DNA of 64,000 nt from assembly GCA_965235115.1 (NCBI GenBank), contig OZ249436.1:16308001-16372000 (forward strand), in the 5' to 3' direction. Below are positions 23,490-35,400 of this stretch, one piece after another. The notes beneath the pieces are model-generated. The model worked only from the letters and a program-made list of their open reading frames with translations. It was not told the origin of the DNA and ran no database searches. Numbering within the stretch: the stretch's first letter is position 1; every line of letters begins with the position of its first letter. The position numbers and the translations under genes are program-made. The DNA is from Laetmonice hystrix (taxonomy: Eukaryota).

Positions 23490-26400
23490 ATGGAGGTCTC
23501 GACGGCCGAGTACACGGCCGGCCTGCTGGATCCCGAAACCACGGGCGGTGGTATGTTGAACGTGACGGACGGCAACATGACGGGCGGCGGTCTGCTGAAC
23601 ATGACGGGCGGCAACATGACGCTGGCCTCCGGCCCCACCATCATCAAGGTCAGGGGTGACATCAGCTGGGATGATGCCACCTGGATTCTCACAAGTGCCT
23701 TCATTATCTTTACCATGCAATCGGGTAAGAATTACTGTGGACCCTTCTAGTCTTTCCTTCCTGTCAGTCATAGTCCTCCACCCTTTCCTTCCTGTCATTC
23801 ATAGTCCACCATTTCCTTCCTGTCATTCATAGTCCTCCACCCTTTCCTTCCTGTCATTCATAGTCCTCCACCATTTCCTTCCTGTCATTCATAGTCCTCC
23901 ACCCTTTCCTTCCTGTCATTCATAGTCCTCCACCCTTTCCTTCCTGTCATTCATCGTCCTCCACCATTTTCTTCCTGTCATTCATAGTCCTCCACCCTTT
24001 CTTTCCTGTCATTCATAGTCCTCCACCCTTTCCTTCCTGTCATTCATAGTCCTCCACCATTTTCTTCCTGTCATTCATAGTCCTCCACCATTTCCTTCCT
24101 GTCATTCATAGTCATCCACCCTTTCATAAATATATTTGCTGAAATAGGTGCTTTCAAGAACAGAAATCCGGGAATAAAGCGCCGATTACAACAACATTGA
24201 GAAAAAAGAAAACCAGTGTTAGTTAAAATTCCCGTCCTCTTCCCAATCATTGCAAAAAAATATGATTCCAGCCAATAATATTAAGGAAGTAAGAATATGC
24301 CTATAGGTCTACACCATTAAATCGCAAAAGAAAGCATGAAATGCCTGGATCAACCTCGCCACTGCACGGCCCTGCACAACACAACCATTTTTAGTTTTTT
24401 CTTAAGCATTTTAAAAATCAATTTGATCTGACTTGAATTTGAATAGTATGAGAATGTTTTAACACCAGTAATATCACACTTTTTGTATGAATGGAAAGAG
24501 AACAGATTTATGTACCAAATAGACTTGCTTTATACCTCAATATGTTTGAGCGTCTTTTCTAATAAGCACTTTACTCGCAGAATCGTTGCTGGCTGCACGT
24601 TGCATGGTTTTGGAATGCAAGTCGAATAAAACTTGTGTGTGTCTGAGTCAGATACACTAGTGACCGGAAATACCTGTTCTTAGTTTCATTTGAAAGAGAA
24701 CAGAAATATCTAACTATCACTGGTTGTCGTTTTCCTCAATGTCAAATATTTGTGTTGTAATCAGCACTTTATTCTCTGTTTCCTTTTTTAAAACACTCCG
24801 TATATGTAAATGTCACCCATGTATTATACAAATAGACATGATGCTTTGGTCATTTTTAATCTTTTCAAATATATTTTCAAATTTATATTAAAGTGGCACC
24901 AAAGATTCCTCAAATACTTACCTTTGAACCCCAGGGACATGCATGTTAAAATTTCAGGTTCGAGCGATAAGCGAAAGTATTTTAAAAGTGAAGTTATATT
25001 AGGGGCCCTAGTTATCGTTCGACCCGTCTGCTATTTTCTCAAGCCAGCGCGGGTTGGGAACTATCGGTCTATAGAATTACATAGAGTATGGTAGCGAAAT
25101 TGGCGTGGAAGCCAACGGAGACATATTTTTCATTTCGCTTGTCACATATTTTCGCTTCTCGCTCGACCCTGAAATTTTATCATAGTGTCACTGCGGGTCA
25201 AAGGTAAGTATAGCTGAGGATTATTTAAAATGTAACTTTAAGGTAGAGGATATGATTACTTTTAATTTTATTTCTTCCTCTTGAACTTACTATCATATAA
25301 TAATACATCGGGAGAAGAAATTTCTATTGCGCTATGGTTCTGAAATCGTCGGGGCCTAATAAAACCTTAACGCTCTACCATTCAAACCAGCGGAAAGGTA
25401 CATTTGACTAGAGTTAGCCTACTCTAGAGGCTGGAAGTGTGCGTGTCAAATTTTAGTTAGGGTTTACGGGTGAGGGTTACATCTGGACCCCTGATCCTAA
25501 CTTTAAGCAAACATTTTCCAGGATTCGGCCTACTAGAGGCTGGAAGTGTAAGTGTGAAGAACGAAGTGAATATTATGGTGAAGAACGCAGTAGATGTGAT
25601 ATTCGGGGGGCTCACCTACTGGGCCTTTGGGTACGGACTCAGTTTTGGCGAAGGCCCCTTGGCCAATCCATTTTGCGGAGCGGGTTACTTCATGGTGGAC
25701 ACGGACGACCCGGACGAGATGGGAGTCGTTTACTCGACGTTTATCTTCCAACTATCTTTCGCCACGACGGCCACGACCATCGTGTCGGGAGCAATGGCCG
25801 AACGGACCAAACTGACGGCCTATATACTCTTCTCGTTGACCAATACCATTGTTTACGTGATCCCAGCACACTGGGTCTGGTCAAAGCTGGGCTTCCTGGC
25901 GCAGCTCGGTGTCATCGACATTGCCGGGTCGGGGGCCGTGCACCTTGTTGGGGGAGTGTCCGGCTTGGTGGCCACCATGATGCTGGGGTGCCGGGCAGGT
26001 CGCTATGATAAGGGCATCGACCCTCTTCCACCGGGCAACGCAACCAACGCCATCGTCGGCATGTTCATGCTATGGTAAGTGGACCTTCACTCCGTTTGTT
26101 GGTTAGCCGCGTTTTTGTTGCTTTATACATATATATTAGACGTATATTTCAAATAATAATTTGATTCCAGGTGGGGATGGCTAGGATTTAACTGTGGCAG
26201 CACATTTGGGATATCTGGCGGCAAGTGGAAACTAGCAGCTAAGTAATTGAGACTCATTTCATGACGTACGCGTGTGTCCCGTATTAAGACTGTCTGAGAA
26301 CCACCATTTCATGCCGTGCGTGTGTGTGTCCCGTATTAAGACTGTCTGAGAACCACCATTTCATGCCGCAAGTGGGTGTGTCTCGTATTATGACTGTGTC

Positions 26401-29400
26401 TGAGAACCACCATTTCATGCCGTAAGTGTGTGTGTCCCGTATTATGACTGTGTCTGAGAACCACCATTTCATGCCGTAAGTGTGCATGTGTGTCCCGTTT
26501 TAAGACTGTGTCTGATATCCACCATTTCATGCCGCAAGTGTGTGTGTCCCGTATTATGACTGTGTCTGAGAACCACCATTTCATGCCGTAAGTGTGTGTG
26601 TCCCGTATTATGACTGTGTCTGAGCACCATTTCATGCCGTAAGTGTGTGTTTCCCATATTATGACTGTGTCTGAGAACCACCATTTCATGCCGTAAGTGT
26701 GTGTGTCCCGTATTATGACTGTGTCTGAGAACCACCATTTCATGCCGTAAGTGTGTGTGTCCCGTATTATGACTGTGTCTGAGAACCACCATTTCATGCC
26801 GTAAGTGTGTGTGTCTCGTATTATGACTGTGTCTGAGAACCACCATTTCATGCCGTAAGTGTGTGTGTCCCGTATTATGACTGTGTCTGAGAACCACCAT
26901 TTCATGCCGTAAGTGTGTGTGTCCCGTATTATGACTGTGTCTGAGAACCACCATTTCATGCCGTGCGTGTGTGTGTCCCGTATTATGACTGTGTCTGAGA
27001 ACCACCATTTCATGCCGTAAGTGTGTGTGTCCCGTATTATGACTGTGTCTGAGAACCACCATTTCATGCCGTAAGTGTGCATGTGTGTCCCGTTTTAAGA
27101 CTGTGTCTGATATCCACCATTTCATGCCGCAAGTGTGTGTGTCCCGTATTATGACTGTGTCTGAGAACCACCATTTCATGCCGTAAGTGTGTGTGTCCCG
27201 TATTACGACTGTCTCAGAACCACCATTTCATACCGTAAGTGGGTGTTTCCCGTATTATGACTGTCTGAGAACCACCATTTCATGCCGTAAGTGTGCATGT
27301 GTGTCCCGTTTTAAGACTGTGTCTGATATCCACCATTTCATGCCGCAAGTGGGTGTGTCTCGTATTAAGATGTGTCTGAGAACCACCATTTCATGCCGTA
27401 AGTGTGTGTGTCCCGTATTAAGACTGTGTCTGAGAACCACCATTTCATGCCGTAAGTGTGTGTGTCTCGTATTATGACTGTGTCTGAGAACCACTATTTC
27501 ATGCCGTAAGTGTGTGTGTCCCGTATTAAGACTGTGTCTGAGAACCACCATTTCATGCCGTAAGTGTGTGTGTCCCGTATTAAGACTGTGTCTGAGAACC
27601 ACCATTTCATGCCGTAAGTGTGTGTGTCCCGTATTATGACTGTGTCTGAGAACCACCATTTCATGCCATAAGTGTGTGTTTCCCGTATTAAGACTGTGTC
27701 TGAAGACCACCATTTTATGCCGTAAGTGTGTGTGTCCCGTATTAAGACTGTGTCTGAGAACCACCATTTTATGCCGTATTTTAGGTCTGCCGTCACAACC
27801 ATCAACGCCTCTATGGGGGGAGGCGCGGTGGGTATTATCTACAGGTTAGTGAATAAGGGTCCTCACACTGCGGCTGCAGCCAGCTCTATCTAATTTATGT
27901 ATGTTATGACTAAATTCAGATTGAGGCCTGTATCAAGGAGTATTTGTTAAAAATGTCCTTATTGCACAGGTCTATGATTAACATTAATAAATGGCAGTGG
28001 TTCGCCCCTTCTTAATTTTTCATTTCCCCCCTTTACTTCCAGCTATATTTTCCGAAACCGGAAATACAACGTGACAGACCTGGTAAATTCTGTGCTGGGG
28101 GGACTGGTAGCAGTGACAGGTAGGTTTCAGTGATAAATCCACGTGTAGTCAGTATCCTTTGTGTACGCTTATCTCTTTGTCATGCGTGGCTATACCTCTA
28201 GGGCGTCACCTATATTTCTTATATTGCAGCATTTTGCTGACGAAATTCCAATAAAATCCGAGACTGATTTAATTAAATATATCATTTAGCGATTAAAGCT
28301 AAGTTATAATATATGTTGCCGGTTTGCAATAACTGCGGATAATAAATGTATTATGTCCTGCCGTATGCTATTAATAATTGTGCCCATGTAATGCCTGAGT
28401 GAGCTGCATGAATTGTGTACACGTGCGATTACTTGGTGTCATCGAGGTGATTATTGTAACGTGTGTTGATTACATGATGGTCAGTGGTGCCGCTAGGGTA
28501 TACATCGCTGGAAACCCCCCAGAAATTCGATCTAATTCCCCTGCCCCTCCCCATAATGTTCCGAAAGTTTCCCAAAATGTGTATGTTATTTATTCTCCAC
28601 ACCTGCCGACCCACCTGCCATCTTTTCTGACACTCGGGTGGTTAGGGTTAGGTTTAACCGTACTCACCACGATTCAGACAGGGTTGAGAAGTGGGGAAAG
28701 CAATTCGCGCCCACAACTGAGGAAAACTTCTTTAGTTGTCATGGACACCCTCTTTCAAGCTAGAGAGCCGATTGGGCAGGCTGCCACGAACTGATCTATA
28801 GCTACAGATCATGGTCACGTGCGCTATCTTCATATTGGTTACGTCACCGTGCCGCCATGTCTCGTAAAAGTAATGACGTCACCGTGTCATAATATATTGT
28901 CAAGGTGATAACGTGACCGTCATCAAACTAATGACGTCACCAGACCGCAATATCTCACAAAAGTGATTACGTCACTATGCTGCCAGACTGATTTAAAGAG
29001 TATTCACGAAGTCCTGGTCTCAGTAATACACAATTACTTTCCAGTTACTTTTAATTGTTAATTGCATTTTCACGTTTTTTAAATATAACCACATTTTAAC
29101 ACGGTTCTTTCACATGTTTGTCTCGTCCCGTTACGTCCAGTGACGTACAACCAAGCGTGACCACAACTCAACGCCCCCTGGCGCAATATGCAGAAGTGAA
29201 TACTCGACTACCTCGCCCCAGTAGCATGAGTATAACAGGAGTTCTTCTGTTCCCTTCAACTTTGTTTCTAACTCTGGAAGTTATTTCAGTAACCAGGGAG
29301 TGGCATATTCCTCCTTTTTGGTGTGGTTTCTTTTGTGATTTTTTTTTAAGTTTTGGATTTCTAATTTGTTGAAACTCTGCACGTTTACGGCATGTTCCCA

Positions 29401-32400
29401 CCCGTCTGAGTCGATGCTCGGTGCCGTTTGCCTGTGGTGTCCCGCCAGTTGCGGTGCCCGATCGCCCGCGCGTCCCATTCACTGACGGTGGTTCCTTGGT
29501 CCTTGTTTCGCCAGCCAGTTGTGCCCTGGTCAGGCCGTGGGAGGCGGTCGTTATCGGCATGGTGGGCGGCGTGGTCGTCGTCACCGGCATCCCAATGTTC
29601 GACAGGCTCAGGATTGACGACCCTGTGGGGGCACTGTCCGTTCACGGCCTTGTCGGCCTCTGGGTGAGTGTTTGCCGTTCCTGTCTCCAGCAAATCGTTT
29701 TCTGCTGTCTGTTTTGCCAGCCGGCTGCGCCCTGGTGAGGACCTGGGAGGCGGTGGTCATTGGTGTAGGAGGCGGCATTGTCTCCGTGCTCGCAGTCCCC
29801 CTTTTCGACAAGTTAAAGATCGACGATCCCGTGGGTGCACTGTCCGTTCATGGCGTCGCCGGTGTGTGGGTGAGTGCATGGACCATTGGCGCTTGGCCTC
29901 ACTATATCACATTTAAAACAGACACTATAACAGGAAACCTTTATTCACCTACAGTTCCTACGGCCTCATTGGTTCTCATTTTGAATTTGGGGACCAAAGC
30001 AAGTTTAGCACACATAGAAATAGGCCTACCATATGTCTTTATTCATTGCAGTTGGGACGGGTTATTACCAACATCTTTCGTTTAAGCCCCAGTTCCACCA
30101 AAGCCGATTGTACGACGTTCTATGCCGTTCTATCAAGATCTGAAATTTAGTTTAAGTCGTGAGGAATCGTTATGAAATCATGAAAACCCGAAGACCTAGC
30201 TACGAATCTATCATGTTCTATCCCGACATCGGCCCGACCTTCCCGACAGCGCAACGACTAAAGCAACGTTCACTGCCGACCTATGCAGATTGAGCTTCGA
30301 CCTATCAAGATCCAGGCCCGATGTATGGCGACCTATACCAAGATTGACAAACGATGTAGCAACGTTCTATGCCGTGCCCCAGCCGAGCTACGACCTGTCC
30401 CGATGACATCAGGTCTAGATCAGGGCTAAAGCCCCAGTCCCACCAAAGCCGAATTAGCTACGACGTGCTACGATCTGATAAATCGTGTAGAATCGGGAAA
30501 GGTCCTAACTCGGTCGTACAGTAGTCTTGATAGATCCTCATAGGTCGGGATAGGCCACGATTGCACCCCGACAATTTTAAACTGTTCAAAACAATCGGCA
30601 TTGGTCGGGAAAAAGCTCAAATCGGGGATATACCGTAGGTCAAACGTTGCTCAGTCGGGAATAGTCGTGGGACAATCGGGATAGTTCGTTGTTCAGTCCT
30701 GGTTGATCGTAGGACAACCGCCAGACATTTCCTAGATCTAGCCCTGACGTCATCGGGACAGGTCGTAGCTCGGCTGGGGCTCAGACGGCATAGAACGTTG
30801 CTACATCGTTGGTCAAACATCGGGTCGGGTTCTTGATAGGACGTAGCTCAATCTGCATAGGTCGGCAGAGAACGTTGCTAAGTTGTTTCTCGGTCGGGAA
30901 GGTCGGGGGGATGTCGAGATAGAACATGATAGCACGCAGCGTGATCGTTGAGAGATCTTTGGAAAACCGTTGCCCAGTCGCCGTTGAACGTGACAATTCG
31001 TAGCTAGGTCTTCGGGTTGTCATTATTTCATCACGATTCATTACGACTTAAAATAAATTTTAGATCTTGATAGAACGGCATGGAACGTAGTACAATCGGC
31101 TTTGGTGGGACTGGGGCTGCAATTGTCCTACGATAAACCAGGACTGAACAACGAACTATCCCGATTGTTCCGCGACTATATTCCCGACTGAGCAACGTTT
31201 GACCTACGATATAGCCCCGATCTGAGCTTTTTCCCGACCAATGCCGATTGTTTTGAACAGTTCAAAATTGTCGCGACCTATGAGGATCTATCAAGACTAC
31301 TCTACGACCGAGTTAGGACCTTTCCCGATTCTACACGATTTATCAGATCGTGACACGTCGTAGCTAATTCGGCTTTGGTGGGACTGGGGCTTTAATCTGA
31401 GCCTTACCCCAGAATCTATACGTAAAATGGCAAATATCTCAAGTGAGATTGTTTCTCCCACGGCCGAGCAAGCCGACAGATATGGCAGAACGGTCCGAAT
31501 CCGGTGTCCGGCGGTGTCTGGGCCTCACTGAGGGAGGGAAGGGTTAGGGTTAACACTGGAGGGAAAGGTTAGGCTTAACACCGGGGGAGGGTTAGGGTTA
31601 ACACTGGGGGAAAGGTTAGAGTTAACACTGGAGGAAAGGTTAGGGTTAACACAGGGGGGGTTAGGGTTAACACTGGAGGGAATGGTTAGAGTTAACACAG
31701 GGGGAGGGTTAGGGTTAACACTGGGGGAAAGGTTAGAGTTAAAACTGGAGTGAAGGGTTAGAGTTAACACTGGAGGGAAGGGTTAGGGTTAACACTGGAG
31801 GGAAGGGTTAGGGTTAACACCGGAGGGAAGGGTTAGGGTTAACACTGGAGGGAAGGGTTAGGGTTAACACCGGAGGGAAGGGTTAGGGTTAACACAGGGG
31901 GAAAGGTTAGAGTTAACACTGGAGGGAAAGGTTAGAGTTAACACCGGGAGGAAGGGTTAGGATTAAACCTGGAGGGAAGGGTTAGGGTTAACACTGGGGG
32001 GAAGGGTTAGGGTTAACACTGGAGGGAAGGGTTGGGGGTAACACAGGGGGAAGGGTTAGGGTTAACACTGGAGGGAAAGGTTAGGGTTAACACGGGGGGG
32101 GGAAGGTTGGAGTTAACACTGGAGGGAAGGGTGAGGGTTAAAGTATATATAACGGAAATAGAAGGCTTTGTGGCAACGGGGAAGCCTATATCATTTTATA
32201 AGACACCTCTCTGTGTGTTTTTTAAAATATTAACTTACCAGCGTTAACATTTATTGCCTACCGAACCCAGAAATTCCAGGCCGTTCTGCCAATAATCGCT
32301 CGTGACGTCACGAAAGGGACGGCCCACGGGGCGTCAAGGCCTAAGCCCTCGCCCCGATGAAAGCATCCTAGTTTGACAGTCGTGGTACCAAAAAAACCCG

Positions 32401-35400
32401 AAATGGTCAGTACGTGTGTCGTCCAGTTGTTTTAGTGCACCCGGGGATGTAATTTCTGTTCATCGTTGCCAAGTCGAGCTAATACTGGAGGGAAGGGTTA
32501 GAGTTAACACTGGAGGGAAGGGTTAGAGTTAACACTGGAGGGAAGGGTTAGAGTTAACACTGGAGGGAAGGGTTAGAGTTAACACTGGGAGAGAAAGGTT
32601 AAAGTTAACACTAGCAGGGGAGGGTTAGGGGTATTGTTGGGAGCGAAGTACCAATGTGTGAAGTATTTGACATAAGGGTTAATACTGGATGGAAGGGTTG
32701 GAGGTAACACTGGGGGAAGGGTTAGAGTTCACACTGGGAGGGAAGGCTTGGAGTTAACACTAGAGGGATAGGGTAAGGTTAATACTGGAGAGAAAATTAT
32801 GTTATTTCGTTCCCACGAAACGAAATGATTGTATTTCCTCGCAAGCGGGACGATCTACGCATGCACAGGTTCGAATCTTACCTCAAGCTTGACCTGCAAG
32901 CCTTTTCAATAAACACGTACCAGTTGCCTTTTCCAATGTGCTTTCTATAAAACAAACAGTCTAAATCACCATAACTTTCGAATGTCGAATGAGCTTTATA
33001 TTAGATACTGAAATTTTTCTCTGTTGTTAGGCCCGTAATACTGTAACCAGCAGCCTTCCATTCACTCCTATGTTAACTTAACTGGTTATTAACCAGCCTT
33101 TAGTGAGACGGGCCCCAGTACTTGAATATTATTAGTTACGTGGGTCTGCATACCTAAACTGGAGCATTATAAATTGTCCTAGCCCACAATTATAGGCCTA
33201 CAACCTCTTACGATACCGGTACTGGAAAATATTCTCCAACCACTATTGGCGGGAGATATTGAATGGTAAACCAGCCATCACACCTGCTTTTACAACCAGG
33301 TAAGAATAATACGCAGAATAACTAACCCTATAACCACCCACCTTTTATCACCTATAATTTATCTACTCGATATTTAATGATATAAACATCACTAGGACAA
33401 ACAAGGACACAATTACTAGTTTAGTCAAATTTTCCAAACTGACTGCCACGATACATGTCTCTCATTGTCTTAGGGGATGGCATGATTTGTGTGGACCATT
33501 TGTTGGCCCCCAGCCCGTTCTGGTCGACCAAACCCTCGATCTAGGTTGATCCGACCCTGGGCCAGGGCTGACCCAAACCCTCGGCCCGGGTTGCCTTTGC
33601 CCTCGGCCTTGGTTGGCCTGGCCCTCGGCCTGGATTGGCAGGTCCGCTCAACACTCGTCCTGGGTTGACCAGAGTACGGCTTGTATGCTTACCTACAGGG
33701 GATGCTGGCCGTGGGCCTGTTCGTGGAGACGGACCCCATCGAGGACCTGACAGCCGGACGGGCCGGGCTTTTCAAGGGGGGCGGCCCGTACCTGCTTGGC
33801 GTGCAAACCCTGGCCTGTGTTTGCATTGTGGTCTGGAGTGGAACAGTCACCTACATCCTCCTGGCGGTGAGTCACACTCGCGCTTTCGTCATGTGGATGG
33901 TCTTACCAAATCCTAGGAAAGGATACGTTCTAGTTATACTCTGGGAAAGGATCGGTTCTAGTCATGGACATACTCGGGGAAAGGATCGGTTCTCTGGTTC
34001 TACTCTGGGGAAAGCATAAGGATCGGTTCTAGTTATAGGCCTACTCGGGGAAAGAATCGGTTCTAGTTAGACTCCGGGGAAAGGATCGGTTATAGTTAGA
34101 GTCCTACTCAAGGAAAGAATCGGTTCTAGTTATACTCCGGGGAAAATATCGGTTCTAGTTATAGACCTACTCGGGGAAAGGATCGGTTCTAGTTAGACTC
34201 CGGGGAAAGGATCGGTTCTAGTTAGAGTCCTACTCAAGGAAAGGATCGGTTCTAGTTAGACTCCGGGGAAAGGATCGGTTCTAGTCATAAGGCTGGATTC
34301 CACCAAAAGTGTGTTTCGTGGGCCGATGCATCGGCCCGAAAAGACATCTGGCCGAACTTGGAGGCGATGTTTGTACACGATGTCGGACGTCGGTTCATCT
34401 GATGAATAAACAAAATTGCTCTTCCACCAAGCCATCGGATGGCGAATCTGATCATCGGTCCGATGACAAAATATTACTAGATCTACAGTATAGGCCTATT
34501 TGTATTCCCGCCGATTTAATAACCTCGCGGCTCATGTACATTAATAAGGGCGTTCAAGATGAAGTGGAGTGACATTCAACTTGTCACACTCGGGGTCACA
34601 GCAACTTTTCTACTAGAAGATATGTTCATCTGCAACGGTATCGAGAGACGCCATCAGTAGGCCTACTGGATGGCGCCTTACCTGCGTGACAGAACGGACC
34701 CAACACAACGTAACACAATGCCCAAATTGGAGAGACACATGATAAAGGTGAGCACATGTAGTCGATAATAGGTGGAAACTCAGTTTCTATACATCTGACT
34801 GTGACGATAGACTGGGCCTAAGGTAATTTTCACGAAAAGAATGCAGATTCACTGCCCCCGTTCGAGCCCTCCTAAAAGGCAGGCTTGGCCTAACAGGGCC
34901 AATTGGCACCGATTGGTGCGGGGGAGGGAGTAAGGTATTGGTGCAGGGGGGTTACAGGGGACGGATCCAAGTGTTAGTTAGGACCTAACAAAAACTAAAA
35001 AAAATCTTTAGCACCCAGGGGGGTTACAGACCCCCGGGCACGGCCCTGCCTAAGGTGTTTATCAGTAACAGATGGAGAGTTACAATGAATTGTAAACATT
35101 TTCTACAAATGTGATGAAACAAAATATTGGAAAACCTTGGGTAGCGATGGCTTATAGGGCAGGTGGGAGAGATGGTGTTAGTTTTGGAGACGAGGAAATG
35201 CATCATCCGGTATGGCTATAAATAGTTTATAAATGATTTTTTTTTTTTGGTGTTGTAATATTTATATTTCTACCTTACCTTAACACACAGAGTCAAAACG
35301 CTAAAGCTTTATTAAATTTCTTTTTGTTAAGACAGATAATAAAACATTTTAAATACCCGGTACTCTTTTCAGCTTGGCTGTGATTACGCATTTATGGCAA

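Noticed and set aside
26284..27805. Minus-strand repetitive ORFs (MKWWFSDT..., HLRHEMVV...)
   Set aside because: Translation of the 54-bp intronic minisatellite.
29515..29869. 6a and 6b as consecutive constitutive exons or a haplotype-duplication artefact
   Set aside because: Joining them shifts the frame to TGA at 29736. About 30% amino-acid divergence with non-duplicated flanks is too high for alleles.
29380..29930. Dscam-style docking/selector base pairing controlling 6a/6b
   Set aside because: I found no convincing complementary segment by eye; a folding and conservation analysis would be needed.
31525..32142. Interstitial telomere or chromosome fusion site
   Set aside because: There are only about two TTAGGG-like units per longer repeat unit, with no pure or head-to-head telomeric tract.
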